Shown here: positions 13,601-25,600 of the stretch, piece by piece
How positions within the stretch are numbered: the first letter of the stretch is position 1
How the letters are laid out: each line of letters begins with the position of its first letter
Assembly: GCF_028641065.1 (NCBI RefSeq)
Contig: NC_073403.1
Coordinates: forward strand, 15,996,001-16,060,000
Length of the DNA: 64,000 bases
Reading direction: 5' to 3'
Source: Leucoraja erinacea
Taxonomy: Eukaryota
Made by a program: the position numbers and the translations under genes
Notes under the pieces: model-generated
What the model saw: the letters and a program-made list of their open reading frames with translations, nothing else
Told to the model about the DNA's origin: nothing
Databases searched by the model: none

Positions 13601-16600
13601 TGTTGGTGGAGACCAGAATCAGGGGCCACAGTGTAAGAATAAGGGGTAGGCCATTTAGAACAGAGACGAGGGAAAATAATTCCCCCTGAGTTGTGAATCT
13701 GTGGAATTCTTTGCCTCAGAACACAGTGGAGGACGATTCTCCAGATGCTTTCAAGAGAGAGTTCGATAGAGCTCTTAAAGATAGCAGTCAAGGAATATGG
13801 GGAGAAGAACGGGGTACTGATTGTGGATGATCAGCCATGATCACAGTGAGTGGTAGTGCTGGCTCGAAGGGCCAGATGGCCTACTCCTGCACCTAGTATC
13901 AATTGTCTATGGACACAAAAAGCGTGAGTAACTCAGCAGGGCATGCATCATCTCTGGAGAGAAGGAATGGGTGACGCTTCGGGTCAAGACCCTTCTTCAG
14001 ACTGAGAGTCTACCGTGGTCTTTCAGTAACCAGAAATCACTACTGTTTTTGGACAAATGACATTCTTCCCAAACTTAAAGCCAGTGGGTGGACTCAGCTT
14101 TCAATTTTTTTCCCCCACTGACGGTGACAGAAATCAACACTTATTACATTGGGTGTTCATGAAGCCTCTAATCTCAATTAAATATCAAATAATACTCACA
14201 CTGGTTAAATACGCAACCTAATTCATAAACCATCTGTCAATGATGCCCTCTCACAATAACCAATTCAGTAATGCACCTTTTTATTGGGCCACTTTTTGAG
14301 TTGATGCAGGAAGGACATTACACTGCTGAATGAAGTTGCTGATCAAATAAGCAAAGCAAAGACTAGCGTGACAAACAGGAATTCAATGGTTTCTGATAAC
14401 TGCCCTCTCATATGCTCTAGCTAACCACTCAATTTAATTAGATTAATGGTGTGATGAAATCAATTCTCCAAATCTATTGTTAAAGACGGCACGCACAAAT
14501 GCATCTATCTGAATAGTTAAATACATAGAGTCCCAGGTGTCTGAAGGGTCTCGACCCAAAACGTCACCCATTCCTTCTCTCCAGAGATGCTGCCTCTGCC
14601 GCTGAGTTACTCCAGCATTTTGTGTCTATCTTCAGTTTAAACCAGCATCTGCAGTTCCTTCCGCCACACTCAATTTAATTATATTTAGCGATGGGCAATA
14701 AATGTTGGCCCACTTCAGCAAAGTCCGTGGTTAACAAATAAAAATAACTTGTATCTATGCCATGCCTTAAATGTGACGTCTCCGGCTATTTTACAGTAAT
14801 ATTATCAGTCTGACTTCCATGTAAAAAGCTGTAAGGAACAGAGGATCAAAGACTAATTCAAGAAATTAGCATCTTAAAGGAGGAAAGAGGGGAAGTAGGG
14901 TTTACGCGAATGTGATAAGCGATCACAGAGAAAAGGATTTGAGCAGTCGAGCTATAGATTAAATATCAGAAGAAGTGGATGAGTTAATGACTTCCTTCGA
15001 AAACATCATAAACAATGATTTTTTGAAAAAGTACTTTAAAGGATTACATCTTCAGTTTGGTTGAATGAAATCAACACCTGGGACTATGTATTTAACTATT
15101 CAGGTAGATGCATTTGCGCGTGCCATTTTTAACAATAGATTTGGAGAATTGCTTTCATCACGACGTTAAACTGCAAGTGATACGTGTAAATGCATGTGCC
15201 ATGTATGCCTCTGTGGGAGTATCTGTAGCGCATCAAAGCAAAAGCTGCCGTGGGGAAATGCTATGAACTGAATAAGAAATGTTACTAAACGATCCCCATT
15301 CATTTACCTACCTCTAGGAAAATGTCAGCAGCATCGTGCAGGAGGAGAATAACTGTTCCTGTCCGTGTCATGTTAGCAACATAGGCAATTGTCAGCAGCA
15401 GGATGGTGACATGATGATGGACACACATAACCACAAAATCCTAAAAACAAAGAAACAAAAAACTTATCCTGGATTATTTGGGCGTAAAGATTATTTCCAG
15501 CAACATTTCATGGCAGGCACTAAGTGATGCTCCCGCAATAAATGTCACGGACAATAGACTGTAGTGAAGCCTCGTGTCCCGAGTTGGTCACCAGTTCACA
15601 CGCTCTTGGCTCGGCTTGGTGCTTTTATTAAATTAAAAGTTGAAGCACATTTTACAGAAATGTCCAGTCATAGCATGGAAACAGGCCCTTCGGCCCACCG
15701 AGTTCGTCGGCCATCGATCTCCACCAAACCCAACACCGCTAGTTTGCCCCAACTCTCTGCCAAATGTGAACATTTTTTAGTTTAGTTTAGAGATGCAGCA
15801 TGGAAATAGGCTCTTCAGATCACCAAGAGGTGTGTTATTACCTTCTGAAGAAAGGTCACCAAGAGGTGTGTTATTACCTTGTCTTGACCTGAAATGTCAC
15901 CCACCCATGGTCTATAGAGACGCTGCCTGACCTGCTGAATTACTCCAGCATTTTGTGCCTCTCACAAGACATGTTGTTTCCTATGGGAAATACTAAATAT
16001 TAGTATTCTAACTTTTTTGCCCCTTCATTAATCTAACGGTTTAAACTTTAACCAAAATGAATGCCTCTGCAGATGTTAGCTAATTCAGTATTGACAGGAA
16101 TCAGGCCAGGAAATTCTTGGTCTACATCACACACAACCCTACTAGAATATTAATTATCACATTTATACAAGTATTATATAAAAGTAGCTTTATCAGAATA
16201 AATAAATTCATTTGAGGGCAGCACTGACGTGAGCAGTATTAAGATTATGGTGATATTCGCTCATTTCTGGGAAAATCATCAATTAGTTCGCTAGACACTG
16301 GATTCCTGCAAATGACTACAATTGATTCCCTACCCTGGTTTGTGGTAGAACACTAAAGTATTTAAAGAGATGGTAGATATATTTTTGAAAGGTTGTGAAA
16401 TTGAGGGTTATAGAGTCATAGATTTGTAACACACAAAAACAGGGCCTTCAGCTTACTTTGTCCACGTTGTCCAAGTTGACATAATGGAAGTCCCATTTGC
16501 ATGCATTTGGCCTCTAGTGTTCTAAACCCTCCCTATTCATATATCTGTCGAATTGTTGTTTAAAAGTCGTAATTGTATCCGCTTCTATAGCATCGTCTGG

Positions 16601-19600
16601 CAGCTATGGACCACCCTGGGAGTGAAAAAGTTGCCCCTAAGGTCCCTCTTAAATATTGCCCCTCTCATCTTGAAGGAGACTGAGGGGTGATCTGAGAGAG
16701 GCGTATAAAATCACGAGGGGAATGAGTGGGATAAATGCACAGAGACAATTTCTCAGGGAAGGGGAATCAACAACTGGAGGGCATAGGCTTCAGGTAAGAG
16801 GGGACATTTTTCATAGGAACGAGAGGGGCAGCTTTTTCTCACAGAGGATGGTGTGTACATTGAAAGAGCTGCCAGGTGAATTTGTTGAGCCACGTAAAAT
16901 GACAAAATTTAAAAGACATTCAGACAGGTACATGGATAGAAAAAGTTTAGAGGGAGGTGGGTCATAGGCAGGCAAATGGGACTAGCTTAGATGAGGCATC
17001 TTGCTTGGCATGGATGGGCCGAAATACCTATTTCTCTGTTGTTTGATTATGAATTATGGAAGCTCCACTGGATATCAACTGTGAAGTGAGTGACTCAGTG
17101 ATCTTCATGCCAGGCTTGTCCCTAAGTCAGTCAACAAGGTGCTTTAGTGTAGGAAAGAACTGCAGATGCTGGTTTAAACTGAAGATAGACACAAAATGCT
17201 GGAGTAACTTAGCGGGACAGGCAGCAGTCTGAAGAAGAGTCTCGACCTGAAACATTACCCATTCCTTCTATCCAGAGATGCTGCCTGTCCTGCTAATTTA
17301 CGCCAGCATTTTGTGTCTACTAACAAGGCGCTTTACATGGCTTTACTAAGCATCCCTTTGAGTTATGTTCCTGGACAGTGCTGGTAAAACTCAGCCAAAA
17401 CATTAGAAATGAGAGCTATTAAACAACAGTCACTTTCATCATTATGTCAGAGGAATGTGAGTCTTACCTTTCTTTTAACATCAAAAAACTGTGAAAAAAT
17501 CAGAGACCCATAAAAAGCAAATTCCATCATGAAGTGTATGTAGACTTCAAATGAAAGTTCCTTTGAAAGAAAAGATGACATAATTTAACTTTCAAATCAA
17601 GCAACCTTTGTTTTCATGAGAAATGCTAATATTTTCATTAAAATGAAAATTTAAAATAGCATGTAAATTGTCATATATAATTATTGCCCAGAAAGTCACA
17701 CCAAACGATAGCAGGAGACTATCTAAAACAGTGGTAATGCATTCCAATCTGCCTCTAAAATTCTGCTTGAAATACTTCAATAGAACCGAATTGGGTCAGT
17801 AGGGTTGAATGTGAAGCAGCTAGCTCGTAGCCTAACCAGAAATAGGTGAGAGTCAAACCAGGGCTTTTGACTACTGATCTGTAAAACGCTAATCATACAA
17901 ATGTTAAGTAAACAGTAGGTCAATAATCACCTGACATTGTATTCAGTTTCTATTTGATTTCTGATTAAACAGACATCAAAATCAGATTAAATCTCTTTCT
18001 TTTCATTATGTTCCAATTTTTAAATTGCAGCACTTTTCATGCATGAAATGCAACATCAGCATTTAATGCAAATCCCAGAGCCCCATGGAAGACAAAACTC
18101 TCTATACTGAGGTCACCCAACATTCCCATATTGTACAGCTTTCAGTTGTTGACATGCTTGCCCTTGAGCCAAAAGTTGAGGAATCAAGCCCCACAATGTG
18201 AAGCATTCAAGCTTAAAATATAATTAAGTTGGCACTTCAATGAGATGCTGTGGAAATGTTCAGGCAGTGGCATTTACCATTGCAACTAACATGGAGATCA
18301 GTGCAATCCTGAAAATACAGTGTTGCTCCAACTAACACTGACAAGCAGATTGCGTGGTTTGCCTTAATTGCTCTTTATGGGATGTTGGTGTGTTCAAATT
18401 GGCATTGGTCTGATTACTTAACAAAACTGACAACACTTCAAAATTATTTCATGCATGAAATATTTTGTGATGTTCTGACTACATGATAAGATGCCATTTT
18501 TATTGTTTAAACTCAGACAAAAATACTTTATGAGTATATATATATATTTTTTTTTTATGTTATGCAATCTTACATTGCCAATGAAGAGTAGTAATCTAAT
18601 CATAATCTATTGTGAAATTACTTCACATCAAACTAATCACCTCCAATCTATTGCTTCACCTCAAGCCAAAGCTAGTTGATAAAATGAAGACACTTTCACA
18701 ACGTCATCCGGATTGATCACACGCCATTTTTCAGAAAAGCATAAAGTCACCCAGTCCCTTCTGCGTTTGATCAACGTGACCAAAGCTGCATAGATGAGGA
18801 TTCATCAATACTATATCCAGTGAGCAAGTGTAGTTATCCGATACTGCTTGTTTGTGAATTTATTCTATACTACACTCTTGGACAACCACATTAAACCCTT
18901 TCTTGAATTTTGCACAGATGTTCTTGTCACCTTTCATTTGTATTTAAATAATGTTAATATTAACATCAAATTTATCCTGCAGAAATAACATGTTAAATAT
19001 ATTCTCATTAAAGGGCAATGTATACATTGTGTATGCAGTTGGGCGGGGTTGGAACAAGACAGCTAAACAGCCCACTGCACTTGATGTTGGAAGTTATAAC
19101 AGGTAAAACTTGCTAGTTCAGAGTAAGTTCAACAATTAACGTTTTCGTAGGAGCACAAATTGTTTGGAAATTGGACACAGGAGGTGTCCTTTTGCAGATA
19201 AAAAGAAAACTCCAAGCAGAATAAAAATATCAATTTAAGTATAAATAACAAGCTGAAATCAACAAATGATCAATAAATTGGGAAAAGTAATGTTTATAGT
19301 GCATTGTGCAAGTATACGGAGAAAGTACAATTCTAACTTGCTTGGGTTGAGTTGGTGGCAGTTGTTTATTAGCAGGGCCGGATTTACGTATAAGCTAGAC
19401 AAGCTTCAGCTTAGGGCCTCGAGATCTCGGGGGGCCTACTCACCTCACCGGACCCGCCCCACCGACCATCCACCCACCGAGACCTCCTACTCTTTGCCCG
19501 CCGACCCTCGCCACTCCACCGCCCTCCAGCAGCCGTCGCCTTACCTGCAGCCTGGACTCAGCACCGGGCCTGGAGTTTCCACGCTGCGAATTCCCGCTCC

Positions 19601-22600
19601 CCTGGGTTTGACAGCACTGGGTCCTAGTGCTAGCCCCCCCCCCCCCCCCCCCCCCCCCAACCCTGAGAACCTCAGTGGCTGTTCCACTGGGTCTTCCCCA
19701 TTCCCCTCAAACCATGTAACCCCCAACTCTTCCCCACCCACACTACAGTCCTCATACCTCCCTACCCCCTGACCACCCACCACCCCTCCACCAGACATTG
19801 CCTCGGCCTCAGTCCACTCACCTACCTTCCTCTGGCCCCAACCCCCATCCCTGCCATGTGTTGACCATCCCCCCTGACCTCCTCCTCTCAGATACCGAAC
19901 GGCCTGTCCTCGACAGAGGCCTCACCTTTGTCCCCCTCCATCCCCATCTCAATGAGTTCCGTGCCCGCCGCGATTTGGAGTTCTTCTTCCGTCGCCTCCA
20001 CCTTACACCATCCTTCCATGGGAAGGAGTCCTCGCCCCCATTGATGATCCCTTTTCCCATCTCCAATGGACCCCCTCCTCTTGGACCCCCCCCCCCCTTC
20101 ATGGTCATTGGTACAATGAAATTTGGAGGTCACCATCCGACGTTGGAACGGGAGAACATTCTCAGCGACTTGGACTTCCGAATCGGCCACTTCCTACCAG
20201 AGACCGCGGCTCCCAAAGTCCACAGGTGGAGCTGCGTGGAGATTCACGCTGGTGGCCCTCGGCAAAGGGATCCCAGGGCTCCGCGATGTTGGAATCATCG
20301 CGGCCCGAGGCTGGGAGCTCCGCAAACCACAGCTCCATGATGTTGAAGCAGCAGGCCCAACACTCCAGAGCTTCAAATGGCGATCCAGGTAAGGCATCGC
20401 CCGCTCCGCGGTGAATCCAATATGTATTTTAAAACCAACTGTTTAATGACAACATACAGCAGGATCTAAAAGTGTCACACAGTCACTATCGGGTAGTCAT
20501 GGTTCTCTAGTCGTGGGGGTGGGGGATTGGGAGGGGGGGGGGGGGTCCTCACAAGTGAAATAGCTTAGGGCCTCTCTTCATCTAAATCCGGTCCTGTTTA
20601 TTAGACTTAATGAGCGTTCAGAGGTGACCACTCTGATTAGGTAATGAAATACAATTTGCACATTGGACTGACCTGGATTTAAGCTGCACTAAGCAAAACC
20701 AGATCACAAATGTGATAAAAGCTCAAATTGTTTGTTTTAGAAATGCGGTTCAATAGGGCAACAACACTGCTACATTCTCTGTCTCTTGTCCTCATGAGCT
20801 TGCAGAGTGACATATACATTCATAATTCTGAATCATATTTTCCAGGTTCAAGAGAATATTGAATGATGCCCCTCCCAATGTTCATCATTTCCTTAATAAT
20901 CATAAAGCCATTAATAGAAGCCCATTCTCATCCAGTGTCACAGGGTGCAGTCCTTCGACATTATGTCACTTATGTTAATCAACGCATAGGAAGACAATTC
21001 TCACGTGAAAAGGATAGTTGTACCAGCACTCTCTGCTATCCCACAGCCAAGGACTCTGGAAAAGTATACAATGAAGACGAATTTTAAGAAAATCGTCACA
21101 TTTCACTCGGTAAAGCATACTTAATTCAAATAATATTTTTCTAATAGGGAATGGGGTTGCAAAAACAGACACAGGAATAATGCTGAGCAAAAAGAACATA
21201 CAGTACTGGCTTCAAAACTAATCACAAGACAAAAGATTAAAATGATCAAAGAAATAGGACAGTGTCTTAAACGATGAAGATTTTTTGAGGCCCACTTGTT
21301 GCTTGCTCAATGAGCACCATCAAGACTTAAATCACTGCCCCCATCACAGGACAAAACTGCCCCCTTTCCACATGCCAAGTGTTTGTATTGCAGTTGCAAT
21401 TTGGAGAGTGATTATAAATTAACCAATTTGTAAATTTGTGTAATTGCCCTGAGTCGATAATAGTTGAGCTTTAAAACTTAGAGATTCTTAGGGAATTTAT
21501 ACAGGGAGTTTACTGAACCTGATGGCCCATAAATTTCCAAATTTCCGTATTGAGTGGCAGAAATCCACATGATAAACAGGAGAAAAAAAAAGTCCAAGGT
21601 TCCCAGTAACTTGATGATTACAGGTGTCAGAGGTTATGGGGAGCATGTAGGAGAATGGGGTTAGGAGGGAGAGATAGATCAGCTAGGATTGAATTCTTAA
21701 GGGGTTGGACAGGCTAGATGCAGGAAGATTGTTCCCGATGTTGGGGAGGTCCAGGACAAGGGGTCACAGCTTAAGGATAGAGGGGAAATCCTTTAAGACC
21801 GAGATGAGAAAAACATTTTTCACACAGAGAGTGGTGAATCTCTGGAACTCTCTGCCACAGAAGGTAGTTGAGGCCAGTTCATTGGCTATATTTAAGAGGG
21901 AGTTAGATGTGGCCCTTGTGGCTAAGGGATCAAGTGGTATGGAGAGAAGGCAGGTATGAGATACTGAGTTGGATGATCAGCTATGATCATATTGAATGTC
22001 AGTGCAGGCTCAACGGGCCGAATGGCCTACTCCTGCACCTATTTTCTATGTATCTATGTATCTATGAATGGCGGAGTAGACTTGATGGGCTGAATGGCCT
22101 AATTCGGCTCCTATCACTTATGAACTTCCAATAACCACTGAGAATAAGAAGTATGAGTGAAAATTGATCAATTTCTGTGGTGGCACCCTGGCCATAAAAC
22201 AGCTTGGCAGACAATCACCATGGAGACATAGCGAATCACAACCAGAGCAAGAAACAAAGTTGTGAGGAACTCAGCAGGTTAGGCAGCATCTGTGGATGAA
22301 ATAGGCAGATGATATTTTGAGTCAGGACCTTTTTTCAGACCCAAAATGTCACCTATCCATTCCCTTCACAGATGCTGCCTGAACCAGTGAAACGTGAGAA
22401 CCGGAGAAAAGTGACAAGAATAATTTCAGAATTGCGTAATACGTCCATTTTCCATACAATTTCATTACACTGCCAATACATGTTCCAATGTGAATCATGG
22501 GAATCAAAACTATGCTTCCTTACCTTTGACAGATAGTAAAAACTGAACGAGAAGGCCCAGAGATAAAAAGTGAACTTCCACCTGCAAGCAGAAAGCCAAA

Positions 22601-25600
22601 GCTTTATTAACGCTGTAAAACATTTGTAGGTAGAGAAATATTTTTATTTATATGCCTCCCTTTGCATTTATTTCCAAATTAAACTGCTGCTCAGAGCTTA
22701 TCTGCTCTATTTTGGGTACTGCATGCCACAAAATGATTTTTTTTTTTAACTTAGCATCTGAAAATGAGTTTTGATACACTATTTCTCAGCCTCATGAAAA
22801 TCCAAGTCTGGTTGGACATATTCCCAAAGATGTGATTACATCTCTTGCCTCCAACCTCCTTGTCCCTCAGTTATTGGTCAATCAGCATCTTCTCATGTCA
22901 AACAGATAGCTAATAGACTATTCATTATCTGTTTTTATTATTTTATTAACCTTTCACTATAATTGGCATTACAATATCTAAACAAAAAAAAGGCACCGAT
23001 GACAATATTAAAAGGACTAGCAACCACATTTTTTAACATTACCACATTACTTCAAAGATACCTCATTTGTTCTTAAAAAACTTGGGGATATCTTGTAAGG
23101 GACTATATAAGTGCTAAGATTTATTTCTTTATATAACAAAGTGGACAATTAATTCAATGTTCTGCCTTTCTTTCAACATCTACAAGCAAAATCATATCTT
23201 TCCATACTTCCATCAAATATTTACACACAAAAGAGTCTTATTAAAAACTTTCCAAATTTGACTCATTAATTATTATCTCATTAATTTTCTCTGCTTTCCA
23301 AACCTACTATTTTATTTTCAATTTCATCTTCAGATCTAATTATTTTATTTTCAATTCCATCTTCAGACCTAATTGGAAAATAGATCTTCCACAGATCTAA
23401 TTGGAAAACAGATCTTCCACAGATCTAATTGGAAAACAGATCTAATGTCAGAAATAGTCATAATTATGTGTGACTGTTGCAAGGACACGTGTCAGCAAAT
23501 CCTTTCCAGAACTCTTCTTCCAGTTAGACACAAACTGCTGGAGTAACTCAGCGGGTCAAGCAACATCTCTGGAGAGAAGGAAGGGGTCCTTCCTCTCTCA
23601 TTCTCTCCAGATATGCTGCCTGTCCCGCTGAGTTACTCCAGCATTTTGTGTCTACCTTAGATTTAAACCAGCATCTGCAGTTCTTTCCTACTCTTCTCCT
23701 AGTTCCTGCATGGCGCGGAGAGCAAGAGATTCAATCTACACCAAATTTTATGTAATGTTGTCCCTTGTCTGGAACCGTGAGTCCAGACAAGGGACAACAA
23801 ATAAAGTATATTATTATTAATATCATCTTAATTTAAGAAACTTTTCCATTGTTGCATCTTAATTTGAGACACAATCGACACCAAACATAGCACCATAAAC
23901 ATTCTATTCAACCAAAAGGCACAAATGCAATCATAAGGTCATAAGTAATAGGAGCAGAATTAGGCCATTCGACCCATTGTCTACTCCGCCATTCAATCAT
24001 GGCTGATCTATCTCTCCCTCCTAACCGCATTCTCCTGCCTTCTCTCCATAACCCCTGACACCCATAATAATCAAGAATCTATCTCTGCCTTAAATATATC
24101 CACTGAGTTGGCCTCCACAGCCTGCTGTGGCAAATAATTCCACAGATTCAATAAATTCCTCCTCATCTCCTTCCTAAAATAACGTATTTTAATTCTGAGG
24201 CTCTGACCTCTTGACCTAGACTCTCCCAGGCATGGAAGCATCCTCTCCATATCTACTCTATCCAAACCTTTTGTTATTCGGTACGTTTCAATGAGCTCCC
24301 CCTCATTCTTCTAAACTCCAGCGTATACAGGCCCAGTGCCGTCAAACGCTGGAAATGTAATGCAGATGCTTTGCTATGGAAATGCTATGGAAATCAGTGT
24401 TAGAAACATGAGTATTATTAAAGCAGTGCTGGCACAGTCATTGTGAGACAGAAGCCATTCTCATACCTTTTTGGTTTGAATGGAATACTAAATGCGCTTG
24501 GGATACAGGGGGAGGCTGAATAGGCTGCAACCTTTTTCTTTGGAGTGTGGAGGCTGACAGGTGACCATACTGAGATGTACACAGTCGTGAGGGGCAGTAA
24601 TAAAGTGAATAGACTTTTCCCCCAGGTTGGAAGATTCTAAAACTAGAGGACCTAGGCTTAATGTGAGAGGGGAAGGATTTAAGAGGGACCTCAGGGACAA
24701 CCTTTTCACTCGGACTTCAGCAATCCATATCTGGATAAAGCTGCCAAAGGAAGCTATAGAAGCGGATCCAATCCTAACTTTTAAAACATTTGAACAGATT
24801 AATGGATAGGAAGAGTTTAGAGTGAAATGAGCCAAATGCAGGCAAATAGGACTGGCCAGTATGGCAACAACGAGATGGACAAGTTGGGCCGAATGACATG
24901 TTTAAATGCTCGGTAGACAAAAATGCTGGAGAAACTCCGCGGGCGAGGCAGCATCTATGCAGCGAAGGAAATAGGCAATGTTTCGGGCCCTTTTAAATGC
25001 TATACAGCTCTAGGACCAAGTTGGGAAAAAAACATTTTTTTTTTTAATTTACAGCATGGGAGTTTGAATTTAAGAATCAGTTACATGCTCTCGCAGAACT
25101 TTGTCAGGAGACTTGGCTTGTCCTGGTATCTTCGCAGCTTGAACCATTGTATCACTTTCTTTGTATCCCAATCCAGCTGTTTTGCCAAACGAGTCAGATG
25201 ATTTTTACCAGGTTCCTAAAAGATGATTAAATGAACAGATAAAATTGGTAATGATCAAACAATTTATCTGGGATCCGAATTCGCAGTAAACACAGTTGTA
25301 GACCTTTGATACAGCATTGGCATGTAACTTGAAGCATAGGATCCTCAGAATATGAAGTAATTGTTTGTTTGTGGGGGTTGGTGAAAATGTGTATTTGCCC
25401 TTTATAGTTCATAATATTGGGTAGTTCCATCAGAAACTCCCACAATGTTTCACTTTCCTTATGCACAACAATTGCTGAAATACTCAAATGCCTTTGAAAC
25501 ATCCAGACTTAATTATTTTGTTTTCTTGCCTGGCCTCCCAAATCTAACAGCTTCTCCTCTTCCTCATTCTCCTCTTCATGTTAGCCATATCATATCCCGC

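Noticed and set aside
23374-23446. 28-bp and 27-bp (26240-26313) direct repeats as a CRISPR-like array
   Set aside because: Head-to-tail with no unique spacers, eukaryotic context, no cas genes
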